64,000 bases of DNA from Alphaproteobacteria bacterium (GTDB lineage Bacteria; Pseudomonadota; Alphaproteobacteria; UBA7887): assembly GCA_965216755.1 (NCBI GenBank), contig CBDCGL010000011.1, positions 288,001 through 352,000 on the forward strand, in the 5' to 3' direction. A program made the translations under genes and the position numbers. Of this stretch, positions 40,398 through 53,907 are shown in pieces. Below the pieces are notes generated by a model that saw only the letters and a program-made list of their open reading frames with translations, ran no database searches and had not been told where the DNA came from. The number at the start of each line of letters is the position of its first letter. Positions within the stretch are counted from its first letter, which is position 1.

Positions 40398-41465
40398 ATG
40401 GCGGTGTCGACATATCTAAAGGCGGGGGCGGCTGTCGCCCTGGCTATCTCAATTAGCGCGGCGGCCAATGCTCAGACGAGCGACAAGCCGCTTGAGGAAA
40501 ATTGGGCGCCGACCGAATGGGGCCCGGACGACAAGGTTGGCGCACCGAACCGAACGACGCCGGATATCGTGCTTAAAGCGGTTGGTTTGGTCAAAGAGGG
40601 CAAGACCGCGACACTCGGCAAGCTCTACCAGTCCGAGGTGCCACTATTTGGCCCACGTACTTATCAGATGACCATCCCTGGCACGCCGACGGGCGGTCCA
40701 TTCGGCGAGAATGCGCTCATCTATCATGACGAAATGTTGACGACGGAAATTGGTCAGGTCAGCACCCAGTTTGATGGCCCGGGCCATATTGGTGTCAACA
40801 CATCGCAAGGCGGCTTTTTCTATAATGGTCGCGACCCACAGGAAACTTACGAACGTGGTGCCGGTGGGCGCGTGATCGGGATGGGTGATCTCGGCGTTGA
40901 ATTTGTCGCCGAGAAGGGCTTCGTTTGCCGCGGCATTCTGCTTAATGCGCCGGCCTATAAGGGAATGAACCCGCTACCAATCCCGACAGCTACTGACAGC
41001 CCGGGCATTGTCACTGCCGACGACGTCAAAGGCATGATCGAGGCCCAAGGTGTTGGCGAGATCGGCGAGGGCGATTGCGTTTTCCTATACACCGGCCATG
41101 GCGATCTTTGGTCCAATGCCAGTTGGCCGACCATGAGCACGGAAGAACGTGCTGCAGCGCGCGCGACCTTCACGTCCGGCGAGCCGGGCTTTGGCGTCAG
41201 CGCGTGCGAATACATGGCCGAACGTAAGATCATTCTCACGGGTGGCGATACGTCAGCCAACGATGCCCAACCGGTTGGTGAGGAAGAAGGCTTTGCAGTG
41301 CCGTGCCATACGGAAATGCAAACTCGGCGTGGCATCTGGAACATCGAGAACCTGGACTTTACGCCGCTGCTTGAGGCGGGTGTGAGCGAGTTCTTGTTCG
41401 TTTGGGCGCCATTGAAGCTGGTCGGTGCGACTGGTTCGCCCGGCAATCCCGTTGCGCTCTGGTAA
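40398..41465 (+). CDS. exported cyclase-family (kynurenine formamidase-like) metal hydrolase
   Basis: Signal ending ANA|Q; WGPDDKVGA.N, GQVSTQFDGPGHIG, IENLD, PLKLVGATGSPGNPVA. Confidence 0.88.
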   Translation: MAVSTYLKAGAAVALAISISAAANAQTSDKPLEENWAPTEWGPDDKVGAPNRTTPDIVLKAVGLVKEGKTATLGKLYQSEVPLFGPRTYQMTIPGTPTGGPFGENALIYHDEMLTTEIGQVSTQFDGPGHIGVNTSQGGFFYNGRDPQETYERGAGGRVIGMGDLGVEFVAEKGFVCRGILLNAPAYKGMNPLPIPTATDSPGIVTADDVKGMIEAQGVGEIGEGDCVFLYTGHGDLWSNASWPTMSTEERAAARATFTSGEPGFGVSACEYMAERKIILTGGDTSANDAQPVGEEEGFAVPCHTEMQTRRGIWNIENLDFTPLLEAGVSEFLFVWAPLKLVGATGSPGNPVALW

Positions 41466-41500
41466 GACCAGACTCGTATACGAACTTCAAGGCACTGATG

Positions 41501-41534
41501 TGGGAGCCGGCATTTCGCCGGCTCCCATTTTTTT
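41501..41534 (+). terminator. intrinsic terminator
   Basis: TGGGAGCCGGC / GCCGGCTCCCA followed by T7. Confidence 0.85.
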
Positions 41535-41725
41535 CATGCCATGTGCTGTCCGCCGAATTCGCCGCGCCGCGGATAGGTGCGCGCTAATGGCACGTTCTTT
41601 GGCAAAGATTTTCGCACAAATTATTAGGTGAACATCAAAATGACTTACCCGGAAGTATCAATGATCGATACATGGGCGATTCCTGACGCCGCTGACATAG
41701 AGGCGTGGCCGCGCCGACAATCAAC

Positions 41726-41761
41726 AAAAATGCGGCTGCCGCGTAACGGGCAGCCGCATTT
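41726..41761 (-). terminator. intrinsic terminator of the Gly/Asn-repeat gene
   Basis: AAATGCGGCTGCC / GGCAGCCGCATTT stem, T-run on the minus strand. Confidence 0.75.
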
Positions 41762-41834
41762 CTCATACTGATCCGAAGATCAACCCATTCGCCGCATCTT
41801 TAAGATTGATCGCGGCGCTAACCGTGCTGTTCGC

Positions 41835-42689
41835 CTATGGCAACACTATCCCATTGCCACGGAAGTTATTGTTATAGTTGCCGCTGTTGTTGCCGATGTT
41901 GTACGTGCCGGCCTTTTGACCAAACGACGCAAAGTTGTGGTTGCCGTTATAGTTGCCTTGGTTGCCGACTCCGGCGATCCCACCAAGCTGAGCAAAGTTG
42001 TGGTTGCCGCTCATGTTACCGGTGTTGCGATTTCCGGCCGAGGCGTCCATGTTGCCGACCCCGTAGGGCGTGTATGCGTGTCCGGCAAACGCCGTGTTGT
42101 AATTGCCGTTGCCATTGCCGGTATTGTGGTTCCCGGCTTTCGCTGTGCCGCCACCGACCGGGACGCAGGGAGCGCACGGCTGCGGCTTCGGTTTGCCGCG
42201 GCCGCCTTGGCTGATGGCCGTATTGTAGTTGCCACTGTTGTTGCCGATATTGTGGTTACCGGCAAATGCGCCGCCGCCCGTGACGCCGTTCACAGACGCC
42301 AGTTCTGAGCCTGTTAGGCCCTGTGACCCCGGTGACCCCGGTGACCCCGGTGTGCCTGGAGCCGGAGGACGCGGAGGCAGCAGCCGGCCGCCGGACTGAG
42401 CCTGGTTGTAGTTGCCGTTGTTATTGCCAATGTTGTGGTTGCCGGCAGCCGCTGTGCCGCCGCCAATGCCTATCGGCCCACACGGCGAGCAAATGAGAAC
42501 GCCGCCGCTATCGGCATAGTTAAAATTGCCATTGTTGTTGCCAATGTTGTAATTGCCTGCGTTCGCACCGCCCTTGCTCACGCCGTTGCTGCCATTGGTG
42601 TTGAGTGACGGATCCGTCATCAACTGCGCCGACGCTGCGCTGGATAGCAGCAACGCGGCGAGACCAGAAATAACAAATGGAGCTTTCAT
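41835..42689 (-). CDS. secreted Gly/Asn-repeat protein
   Basis: GAGGG RBS; signal ending AASA|Q; about 7 copies of AGNxNxGNxxGNxN. Confidence 0.8.
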   Translation of the reverse strand: MKAPFVISGLAALLLSSAASAQLMTDPSLNTNGSNGVSKGGANAGNYNIGNNNGNFNYADSGGVLICSPCGPIGIGGGTAAAGNHNIGNNNGNYNQAQSGGRLLPPRPPAPGTPGSPGSPGSQGLTGSELASVNGVTGGGAFAGNHNIGNNSGNYNTAISQGGRGKPKPQPCAPCVPVGGGTAKAGNHNTGNGNGNYNTAFAGHAYTPYGVGNMDASAGNRNTGNMSGNHNFAQLGGIAGVGNQGNYNGNHNFASFGQKAGTYNIGNNSGNYNNNFRGNGIVLP

Positions 42690-43720
42690 TACCGTTCCCT
42701 CGGAGACTTTACGCGCCAATCGACCCCTAACAGTGACTCGAATCTGGCGTCCTGCCAATAGGATTGTGTAATAAAACTAAGGGGATCGGAAGCAAAGTGA
42801 CGAATAGGGCACAGTGTTTCATTATTGGAAATCATCTATTCGGGTGATGTTTGTTCTGGTACGCGTGTCGAAATATAACTTTAGTCTTCAGGTGCCGTGC
42901 GAATTGATTTTCAGTTTTGAAACAGCGCAGGTCCGCGATTCCGCGACGGACGTCGGCTCCTGAGCACAATTCGGCGCTGACAATCTCCACTATGGACGCG
43001 ACGCCAACGGTGAAAGATTCGTTGTGTTTCCGCATAAACGACAAGAGCGTGCTGCGGCCCTCGATTCGAGTCGAGGCAACTTGCGTCGCTACCATGCTCA
43101 AATCGCTGAGTCTGAACTTCGATCACCGAGCCCTTCCAGCATCGTTCGATGACGGAAATCCATGGGACGTGTAAGGTCATTCGAATAAAAATATCAATGC
43201 AACGAATAGATAACTATTTAGAGTATAAACCGATAACTTTGTCTTGCGCTTTCCAAGCGGACAGCCTTGAAATTTGCCAATCAGGGCGATTCGCGCCGCG
43301 ACTACTTGTCGGCCCCGACGCCCGGGAGTCAGGAACATTGAGACTGGTGTCGCCGTACTTGGGGTTCACACGGCGGCCTCGTCGGTGCCGCGAAAACGCT
43401 GCGAACGACGGACCGTAGCCACAAGGGGGAACACCCCGAACGCTTCGACGGAAGCGAGATTGGGGTGGGCAAATTCGCTGACAATGGCATTGATTCCGTC
43501 GCGTGCCGAGCGACCGGATTTGCACCGCCAAACTTTGTGGATTTCGCGTGGATTCATGGAAGCGAGCCGATCGGAAAGAGGAGGCCCGAAAAAAGTGGAG
43601 ATAAGGCGCGAATAAGATGCTGGTCGACAACAAGATTTGCGCCCATTTGAGATGAAAGGAACCGCACCGAAGATCTGTTACAAGACGTCGGCGACAACGA
43701 TCATCAAGAAAGGTGGCAAC

Positions 43721-44623
43721 ATGGCGGCTGATATCATCGACGGTAAGGCGTTCGCCGCCAAGATCCGGGACATGGCGGCCGACCATGTCGTGCGCCTCAA
43801 AACCGAACATGGCATTACACCCGGTCTGGCCGTGATACTTGTTGGCGATGACCCGGCGAGCCAAGTCTACGTTCGCAACAAGAACAAGCAGACGCTCGAG
43901 GTCGGGATGCGGTCCTTTGAGCACCGGCTCGACGCGTCGGCTCCGGAAGCGGAACTGCTGGACCTTGTCGCGCGTCTCAATCAAGACCCTGACGTACATG
44001 GAATACTCTGTCAGCTGCCACTGCCCGCGCATATCAACGCGTTTGCGGTGGTCAATGCGATCGCGCCGGAGAAGGACGTCGACGGCTTTCATATCGCGAA
44101 TGCCGGTCGTCTGTGGACGGGGCAAACGGCGATGGTGCCCTGTACGCCGCTCGGGTGTCTGTTGATGCTGCGCGATTATCACGGCTCTCTTTCCGGTATG
44201 AGCGCCGTGGTCGTAGGGCGTTCGAATATCGTTGGTAAACCGATGGCCAACCTTTTGCTGCGCGAAAGCTGTACCGTAACCATCGCGCATAGCCGCACCA
44301 GAAATATCGAAGACGTATGTCGTCGGGCCGAAATCGTCGTCGCCGCCGTCGGGCGACCACAGATGATCACCGGCGATTGGCTGGCCGAGGGTGCAACCGT
44401 TATCGATGTCGGCGTCAACCGCCTTCCGGCGCCCGAAAAAGGCGAGGGCAAGCACAAACTGGTCGGCGATGTGCATTTTCAAAGCGCGGTCGCCAAGGCC
44501 CGTGCGATTACGCCGGTGCCTGGTGGCGTTGGGCCGGTGACGGTCGCCATGCTGATGGCCAACACGGTCACAGCATGCTGCCGTGCGAACAGCCTCGACG
44601 AGCCCGAAGATCTGGCGCTCTAA
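43721..44623 (+). CDS. folD: bifunctional methylene-THF dehydrogenase/cyclohydrolase
   Basis: [46 protein letters not shown]. Confidence 0.97.
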   Translation: MAADIIDGKAFAAKIRDMAADHVVRLKTEHGITPGLAVILVGDDPASQVYVRNKNKQTLEVGMRSFEHRLDASAPEAELLDLVARLNQDPDVHGILCQLPLPAHINAFAVVNAIAPEKDVDGFHIANAGRLWTGQTAMVPCTPLGCLLMLRDYHGSLSGMSAVVVGRSNIVGKPMANLLLRESCTVTIAHSRTRNIEDVCRRAEIVVAAVGRPQMITGDWLAEGATVIDVGVNRLPAPEKGEGKHKLVGDVHFQSAVAKARAITPVPGGVGPVTVAMLMANTVTACCRANSLDEPEDLAL

Positions 44624-44636
44624 GTCATCCAATGCG

Positions 44637-44710
44637 TGGAGGCCGGGACCGGAATCGAACCGATGTACGCGGATTTGCAGTCCGCTGCATAACCACTCTG
44701 CCACCCGGCC
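44637..44710 (-). tRNA. tRNA-Cys(GCA)
   Basis: GGCCGGGTGGCAGAGTGGTTATGCAGCGGACT-GCA-AATCCGCGTACATCGGTTCGATTCCGGTCCCGGCCTCCA, 74 nt. Confidence 0.97.
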
Positions 44711-44948
44711 ATCCTCTGTTGCCGCGCCTGTCGTCGGCGCTGCAGTGGCACGCGGGCCAAGCGCCGCTGATATAGGACTCGCCCCAAAGGGTCAAGCGAC
44801 ACGCCGCGAGGCCAGTGCCGCCGTTGTTTCGCCGTTCCCCAAATACTATAACAGGGGAGACCGACCAATTCCGCGTGTCCGGTGTGCCACGCCGACCCGG
44901 CGCCGCACCGTGAACACGGCGGTTCGCCAATTTGTGGACCAACGAGAC

Positions 44949-45605
44949 ATGCCCAATTTTGACACGATGCGAGCGCATATGGTGGTCAGCCAGCTGCGTC
45001 CGAATAAGGTGACTGATTCGCAAATCCTGGAGATTTTCGGGAGTCTACCTCGCGAGCATTTTGTGATTAGCGCGAAGCGTGGCGTGGCGTATGTCGACGA
45101 GGACCTGGAAATCGGTCCAAATCGGTACCTTATGGAACCAATCGTCCTTGCTCGCCTGATTCAAGCGGCGGCAGTTACGCCGGCCGATGTGGCGCTGGAT
45201 ATCGCGTGTGGAACTGGATATGCGACGGCGATTTTGGGGCATTTGGCCGATACAGTTTTCGGTTTGGAGGACGACCCCGAATTGGCAAAGCAGGCGACCG
45301 AGAACTTGCGCAAGCTGGGCGTCGACAATGCCGTCGTCGTCGAGGCACCGGTCGCGCGTGGTTATCCCGATCAGGCGCCTTTCGACGTCATTTTGTTGGG
45401 CGGTTCGGTGCCCGCGGTGCCCAAGGAACTCGTCAATCAGTTGGCCGAGGGTGGGCGCCTTATTGCGGTTGTTCAGTCCCAGCCCGGCATGGGCGAGGCG
45501 ATTCTGATACAACGATCAAGTGGTGTCGTCGGATCGCGGGTTTTGTTCGATGCCGCCATACCGCCGCTTCCAGGTTTCGCGGTTGCGCCGAGTTTCGTAT
45601 TTTGA
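44949..45605 (+). CDS. pcm: protein-L-isoaspartate O-methyltransferase family
   Basis: MVVSQLRPNKVTD, PREHFV, LDIACGTGY, APFDVI, QLAEGGRL; synteny with tolC-popZ. Confidence 0.88.
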   Translation: MPNFDTMRAHMVVSQLRPNKVTDSQILEIFGSLPREHFVISAKRGVAYVDEDLEIGPNRYLMEPIVLARLIQAAAVTPADVALDIACGTGYATAILGHLADTVFGLEDDPELAKQATENLRKLGVDNAVVVEAPVARGYPDQAPFDVILLGGSVPAVPKELVNQLAEGGRLIAVVQSQPGMGEAILIQRSSGVVGSRVLFDAAIPPLPGFAVAPSFVF

Positions 45606-45738
45606 CAGGGTCATAAACAGTTCTACAGGCTTGATTCTTATGGATTTATTTGTAAGGGCTCGCGCTGTGGCCCAGTTCGGGCCATTATGGCGCAATTGGT
45701 CGCAACCTATTGAGGATAATGGACGTTTGGTCGAGAAC

Positions 45739-47175
45739 ATGGCGACACGCGAAGGCACGCTGCGGCGCACGATGTTAGCGCACGCATCTTTTGCCGCGAT
45801 TGTTGGGTTGCTCGTATGCGCGGTCACCCCAGCGGCGGCGCAGGAATTGCGCGAGGCGCTTGCGCAAGCCTACAACACCAACCCGGGCTTGCTGGCCGAG
45901 CGGTCGCGACTGCGTGCGACCGACGAGGGCGTTCCCACCGCGCTATCGGGATGGCGGCCAACAGTAACCGTCAACGGCGATGTTGGCGCCTCTCGCGTCA
46001 CCAGCGAACCGCAATCGGGCGGCAACAGCACGACAAGTTCGTTGACTCCATCGACCATAGGTCTGCAAGTCACCCAGCCAATCTATCGCGGCGGCGCCAC
46101 CGTCGCTGGCGTTCGCCAAGCCGAGGCGTTGGTGGAGGCTGGGCGCGCCGGTCTGTTGTCGGTTGAACAGGACGTACTCGGCAACGCCGCCGTTGCTTAT
46201 CTGGATGTTGTGCGCGATCAGTCGGTGGTCGAGCTGAATGTCAACAATGAGCAAGTCCTTGAGCGTCAACTGGAAGCCGCGCGCGACCGCTTCGAAGTTG
46301 GCGAGGTGACGCGAACCGACGTGTCCCAAGCCGAGGCGCGGCTCTCCGACGCCCAAGCATCGCGCGTTGAAGCGGAAGGCCAGCTGGAAACAGCGCGGGC
46401 CACTTACGTTGCCGTTATCGGCGCGCCGCCGGGAACCTTGTCGTTTAGCCCTCCAGAAGACCGCGCCGTATTGCCGACCTCCCGTGACGAAACTCTGTCT
46501 CTCGCCTTGGAACGGAATCCAGATCTGTCTCGGGCCATGTTCCAGGAACAAGCCGCCTTGCATGAAATTAGCGGCGCCGGGGCGCGTCTATTGCCGCAGG
46601 TCTCTTTGAACGGGCGGCTACAACGCGCCTGGGAACCGAACACGTTTTTTTCCCGTCAGGACCAGGCATCGATTACGGCGGACGTTACGGTTCCGCTCTA
46701 TCAGTCCGGCGAGGAATACGCGCGGGTCCGTCAGTTGCGTCAGACGGCCGCTCAACGACGCAACGAACTGGACCAGATTAATCGAACGGTGCGCGAAAAC
46801 GCGGAAAGCGCATGGGAACAGCTGGTCGCGGCGCGCGCGCGAATTCGCGCATTCGAGGCGTCTGAGGAAGCGAATCGAATTGCTTTGGAAGGTGTCGAGC
46901 AGGAGGCTGCGGTCGGTGCGCGAACTGTGCTGGACGTTTTGGATGCGGAACAAGAGCTGTTCAACGCACGCGTCAATTTGGTTCGGGCGCGGCGTGATGA
47001 ATTGGTTGCGTCTGTGCGGGTCTTACAGGTCGTCGGTGGCATGACGGCCGAGAGATTGAATTTGCCGGTCACCCTATATGACCCGATGTCACACTATTCG
47101 GAAGTTCGAGACAAATGGATCGGTTTCGGCGATGACTATGATGGTGGCGCCATTTTCGACTTTGGTTGGGATTGA
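45739..47175 (+). CDS. tolC: TolC family outer-membrane protein
   Basis: AYNTNPGL..ER, ARDRFEVGEVTRTDVSQAEAR, VGARTVLDVLDAEQEL. Confidence 0.92.
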   Translation: MATREGTLRRTMLAHASFAAIVGLLVCAVTPAAAQELREALAQAYNTNPGLLAERSRLRATDEGVPTALSGWRPTVTVNGDVGASRVTSEPQSGGNSTTSSLTPSTIGLQVTQPIYRGGATVAGVRQAEALVEAGRAGLLSVEQDVLGNAAVAYLDVVRDQSVVELNVNNEQVLERQLEAARDRFEVGEVTRTDVSQAEARLSDAQASRVEAEGQLETARATYVAVIGAPPGTLSFSPPEDRAVLPTSRDETLSLALERNPDLSRAMFQEQAALHEISGAGARLLPQVSLNGRLQRAWEPNTFFSRQDQASITADVTVPLYQSGEEYARVRQLRQTAAQRRNELDQINRTVRENAESAWEQLVAARARIRAFEASEEANRIALEGVEQEAAVGARTVLDVLDAEQELFNARVNLVRARRDELVASVRVLQVVGGMTAERLNLPVTLYDPMSHYSEVRDKWIGFGDDYDGGAIFDFGWD

Positions 47176-47331
47176 GCGTTTTTGTTGAGGCCATCCTTTG
47201 GTCACCGAATGAATCACCAGGATAATTTTTGCGTGGGGTGGTAGAAAAGCCCCCGAAACGTGTGCCACACCTTGCATTAATCGAACTTCAAGCGTAGCTT
47301 CCGTTCTCGATCGGGGAATGAGAAATTCGCG

Positions 47332-47973
47332 ATGAGCGAAGCAGAAGCACAAGCAGAAGCACAAGCAGACGGGCAAGAGCAAGAGCCGTCGATGGAGGAG
47401 ATCTTGTCCTCCATACGGCGTATCATCTCGAGTGACGGCGAGGAAGAGGGCGAGGCGCCGGCCGAGCCGCCTGCGCCCGAGATGCCTGCCGAAGGCGAGG
47501 CACTTGGTCAAGATTCGATCGACGCCTTGTTTGACGAGCCGGCTGCGGTTGAGCCCGAACCCGAACCAGAAGATGACGATGTTCTGGAGCTGACGGAAGT
47601 CGTCGAGGAAGCGGCGCCAGAACCCGAACCGGAGCCAGAACCCGAACCGAAGCCAGAGCCAGAGCCGGAGCCGGAACCTGCGCCAGAGCCGGAACCTGCG
47701 CCGGAACCGACGCCAGAGCCGGAACTCGAAGCTGAGGAACTGGTTTCTGCGGATACAGAGGCCGCATCCGTCGCCTCATTCTCGTCCCTCAATGACGCGG
47801 TCAAGACGGGAGATTCACCGTTTTTCGTCGGTGGGCGTACGGTTGAACAACTGGCGGCGGAATTGCTGCGACCAATTTTGCGCGAATGGCTCGATCAAAA
47901 CCTGCCAGGGATGGTAGAACGGCTGGTACGGGCCGAGATCAAGCGGCTCGCCGAGGAATCGCGCCGCAATTAG
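47332..47973 (+). CDS. popZ: polar organizing protein PopZ (DUF2497)
   Basis: [15 protein letters not shown], acidic PE-repeat linker, [27 protein letters not shown]. Confidence 0.93.
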   Translation: MSEAEAQAEAQADGQEQEPSMEEILSSIRRIISSDGEEEGEAPAEPPAPEMPAEGEALGQDSIDALFDEPAAVEPEPEPEDDDVLELTEVVEEAAPEPEPEPEPEPKPEPEPEPEPAPEPEPAPEPTPEPELEAEELVSADTEAASVASFSSLNDAVKTGDSPFFVGGRTVEQLAAELLRPILREWLDQNLPGMVERLVRAEIKRLAEESRRN

Positions 47974-48017
47974 GGTTTGGGCCGTACCGTAGGGCGGTAC
48001 CAAAGTTCCGTTTCGCC

Positions 48018-50666
<2,649 letters not shown>

Positions 50667-50671
50667 TCGGA

Positions 50672-51091
50672 TCAGTTGGGACCGCCGGCTGGCAGGCCCA
50701 GCCAGCTTTCACTCGGCATCAATATGCGGCTCTTAACCGTGCCTTCGATGGCGTCGGGCACGTCGCCCCACTCGTCCCACCGTTCGTTCTGTAAGAAAAA
50801 GTAGCTGCATTCATAACCGAAGCGGCGTTGGCATTGCGCAACTGTGCCGGCAACGGTGTCGTGCCAGCATGGGGTGCATGTTGCCTCGTCCCAATCATAG
50901 CAGGTGGGAAACTCCTGCGGCCGGCCGTCTCGACCGGGAAGGCGGCCACACTCTTGATAGTTGTAGCCGAGTTCTTGAACGCACAGAACCTGGGCCCGGG
51001 GGCAGGTCATGTGGCGGTCGCCATCGGCCTGTGCCGGATGACAAAATGAGAGCGCCCCGAACGCAGCAGCTATAGTTAAGCGTATGAGCAT
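50672..51091 (-). CDS. hypothetical secreted Cys-rich protein
   Basis: Signal ending PAQA|D; 8 Cys in the mature part. Confidence 0.65.
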   Translation of the reverse strand: MLIRLTIAAAFGALSFCHPAQADGDRHMTCPRAQVLCVQELGYNYQECGRLPGRDGRPQEFPTCYDWDEATCTPCWHDTVAGTVAQCQRRFGYECSYFFLQNERWDEWGDVPDAIEGTVKSRILMPSESWLGLPAGGPN

Positions 51092-51238
51092 CGTGACAAA
51101 TAATGTTGAGCCGATGCAGGCACGCGGCAAGTGCGGCAGGGTCGCTATACCTATTACGCGCTAGGGAAAGTGGCCCAGAGATCGCTATGCTCGCCAACCG
51201 CGCAAACAACGCGTTGCACGCACTAAAGGATCGGAGAC

Positions 51239-52957
51239 ATGAGAAAATTCGACAAGAGCCGCCTGCCCAGCCGACACGCCACCGAGGGGCCGGAGCGGGC
51301 GCCGCATCGCGCCTTTTATTACGCTATGGGTTTGTCCGAGTCGGATATCCATCAACCGTTCGTCGGCGTCGCGACCACTTGGAACGAAGCTGCGCCGTGT
51401 AACATTACCCTGCGGCGTCAGGCACAAGCCGTAAAGCTTGGTGTCGCCGCGGCGGGCGGGACGCCTCGTGAGTTCACGACCATCACGGTCACCGATGGCA
51501 TCGCCATGGGGCACCAGGGGATGAAGGCATCGCTGGCCAGTCGCGAGGCCATCGCCGATACGGTGGCGCTGACAGTACGCGGTCACGCCTATGACGGATT
51601 GGTCGGCCTAGCCGGTTGCGACAAGTCGCTGCCGGGGATGATGATGGCGATGTTGCGGCTCAATATCCCGTCCGTATTCATGTACGGCGGGTCAATTTTG
51701 CCGGGGCGTTTTCATGGTCGTGATGTGACCGTCCAAGATGTTTTCGAAGCGGTCGGTCAGCACTCTGCGGGAAACCTGCCGGATTCTGAGCTGCTGGCTT
51801 TGGAAAAGGTCGCGTGCCCGTCGGGCGGCGCGTGCGGCGGGCAATTCACGGCCAACACAATGGCGTGTGTCTCTGAAGCGATCGGCCTTGCGTTGCCGTG
51901 TTCGGCGATGGCCCCGGCGCCCTACGAGAACCGCGATGAGTACGCCGAGGCCGCTGGGCGCATGGTGATGGAGATGATTGCCAACAACCTGCGGCCGCGC
52001 GACATCGTCACCCGCAAGTCTCTGGAAAATGCCGCGACCGTGGTTGCCGCGTCCGGCGGTTCCACAAATGCCGGCTTGCATTTGCCCGCCATGGCCAATG
52101 AGGCGGGTATCGAGTTCTCGCTGTTCGACGTCGCTGAGATATTCAAGCGCACACCGTATATCGCAGACTTAAAACCCGGTGGCCGCTACGTGGCCAAAGA
52201 CCTGTATGAAGCCGGCGGTGTGCCGGTGATGATGAAAGCGCTTCTGGAAGGCGGGTTTCTGCACGGGGATTGCCTGGCCGTAAACGGCAAGACAATTGCC
52301 GAAAACCTGGCGGAAGTGACCTTTCCCGATGGGCAGGACGTGATCAGGCCGATCACCAACCCGATTACGCCGACCGGAGGAGTCGTCGGCCTGCGTGGCA
52401 ATGTGGCTCCGGACGGCGCGATCGTAAAGGTCGCGGGCATGGGGCGTCTGCAGCATCGCGGCCCGGCGCGCGTTTTTGATTGTGAGGAGGACGCTTTCGC
52501 GGCCGTGGAACGACGCGAATTTAAGGATAACGATGTCATCGTCATTCGTTACGAGGGACCGCGTGGCGGCCCCGGCATGCGCGAGATGTTGTCAACCACG
52601 GCGGCGCTCTATGGCCAAGGCATGGGCGAAAAGGTCGCACTGATCACCGATGGCCGCTTTTCCGGGGCGACACGCGGTTTCTGCATCGGGCATGTTGGAC
52701 CCGAGGCGGCGGTCGGTGGTCCCATCGGCCTGTTGCGCGATGGCGACATCATTGTGATTGACGCAGAGGCGGGTACGCTCGACGTCGAGCTATCCGACGA
52801 AGAGCTCGCCGAACGCAAGAAGGCATGGCAACCGCGCGACACGGAATTTACTTCGGGCGAAATCTGGAAGTATGCGCAACTTGTCGGCCCCGCGGTTTCC
52901 GGTGCCTGTACGCATCCCGGTGGTGCCGCCGAAACGAAGTGCTACGCCGATATATAG
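51239..52957 (+). CDS. ilvD: dihydroxy-acid dehydratase
   Basis: [51 protein letters not shown]. Confidence 0.97.
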   Translation: MRKFDKSRLPSRHATEGPERAPHRAFYYAMGLSESDIHQPFVGVATTWNEAAPCNITLRRQAQAVKLGVAAAGGTPREFTTITVTDGIAMGHQGMKASLASREAIADTVALTVRGHAYDGLVGLAGCDKSLPGMMMAMLRLNIPSVFMYGGSILPGRFHGRDVTVQDVFEAVGQHSAGNLPDSELLALEKVACPSGGACGGQFTANTMACVSEAIGLALPCSAMAPAPYENRDEYAEAAGRMVMEMIANNLRPRDIVTRKSLENAATVVAASGGSTNAGLHLPAMANEAGIEFSLFDVAEIFKRTPYIADLKPGGRYVAKDLYEAGGVPVMMKALLEGGFLHGDCLAVNGKTIAENLAEVTFPDGQDVIRPITNPITPTGGVVGLRGNVAPDGAIVKVAGMGRLQHRGPARVFDCEEDAFAAVERREFKDNDVIVIRYEGPRGGPGMREMLSTTAALYGQGMGEKVALITDGRFSGATRGFCIGHVGPEAAVGGPIGLLRDGDIIVIDAEAGTLDVELSDEELAERKKAWQPRDTEFTSGEIWKYAQLVGPAVSGACTHPGGAAETKCYADI

Positions 52958-53199
52958 GGCGCTTGCGTCGGGCGCGGCAGTAAGCGTGATGGCGCCAATA
53001 CCGGCGCTGTCGCGTGCCTGCGCTGTCCGATGTCCATAACGGCCCTATCGGACATTGCTCTAAAGAAGTCACACCATTAGAATTCAAACCACCTAGACTG
53101 TTTGTCTAACTTATCATATTCAAACGGAAAAGTTGGCGGGGCGCGCGTTTTCGGGGCGATCCGATCCGGTATGTCTCCTGCAACCTTATTGGGATTACC

Positions 53200-53772
53200 A
53201 TGACGAAAAATTGCATGCGGTGGTTTCTGAGTCTGATCTTGTTGGGCGGACTTGCCGCCTGTACTTCGCCCGAAGGTTCAACACCACAAGACAAGCGCAA
53301 CGCGGTTGCCAAAATGCGGACGGATACACTTGCAAAACTTTATGAGGTGCAGCCGCAGGCGCGCGATCAAATTGGTCAAGCGGTCGGCTATGGCGTGTTC
53401 AGCAATGTCGGCATCAATCTTATATTTTTGTCGGCTGGCAACGGCTACGGCATCGTCAGAAATAACCAGTCCGGCGCGGAGACTTACATGAAAATGCTGT
53501 CTGGCGGTCTTGGCGTTGGGCTTGGAGTCAAGGATTTCCGTGGCGTCTTCGTGTTCACCGAGAAGGACGCAATGGATCAGTTTGTTGACAGCGGCTGGGA
53601 TGCCAGTGCGCAGGCGGATGCCGCCGCCAAGGCGGGTGAAAAAGGCGGTGCGTGGGCCGGTGCGGTCGACGTTGCACCGGGGATTAAACTTTATCAGATC
53701 ACGGAAGCCGGGTTGGCTTTGCAAGCGACAATACAAGGCACCAAGTATTGGCGCGACGACGAGCTGAACTGA
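53200..53772 (+). CDS. Ysc84/SYLF-like lipoprotein
   Basis: Lipobox LAAC; AVGYGVF, GNGYG, GLGVGLG, GLALQATIQGTKYW. Confidence 0.8.
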   Translation: MTKNCMRWFLSLILLGGLAACTSPEGSTPQDKRNAVAKMRTDTLAKLYEVQPQARDQIGQAVGYGVFSNVGINLIFLSAGNGYGIVRNNQSGAETYMKMLSGGLGVGLGVKDFRGVFVFTEKDAMDQFVDSGWDASAQADAAAKAGEKGGAWAGAVDVAPGIKLYQITEAGLALQATIQGTKYWRDDELN

Positions 53773-53907
53773 CAAAGTCTAGTCTTTTGATGCGCGATTT
53801 CGACGCCTTTGCATGCCTGGATGAAATCGCCATGGGATCTCCCATATAGAAGTGCCGACCGTGGCAAAGTGAGACGGTCGGCGCTGTCGCCCGGGAGATT
53901 CTTGGCC

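Noticed and set aside
41588-41604. TGGCACGTTCTTTGGCA sigma54-like site
   Set aside because: GG-to-GC spacing is 11, not 10, and no gene lies downstream on that strand
43320-43345. CCGGGAGTCAGGAAC resembling the 3' end of a cobalamin riboswitch
   Set aside because: Upstream B12-box elements (GGGAA, CCCGCAACTGT, GCCACTG) are absent
43214-44704. 496-aa minus-strand ORF
   Set aside because: Antisense shadow of folD that also runs through tRNA-Cys; no recognisable motifs
47277-47291. TTAA-N7-TCAA near-CtrA box before popZ
   Set aside because: One half site is mismatched; too weak to call without data
47550-47730. Tandem GAACCC/GAGCCR repeats
   Set aside because: They encode the normal Pro-Glu linker of PopZ; not a CRISPR array or independent repeat
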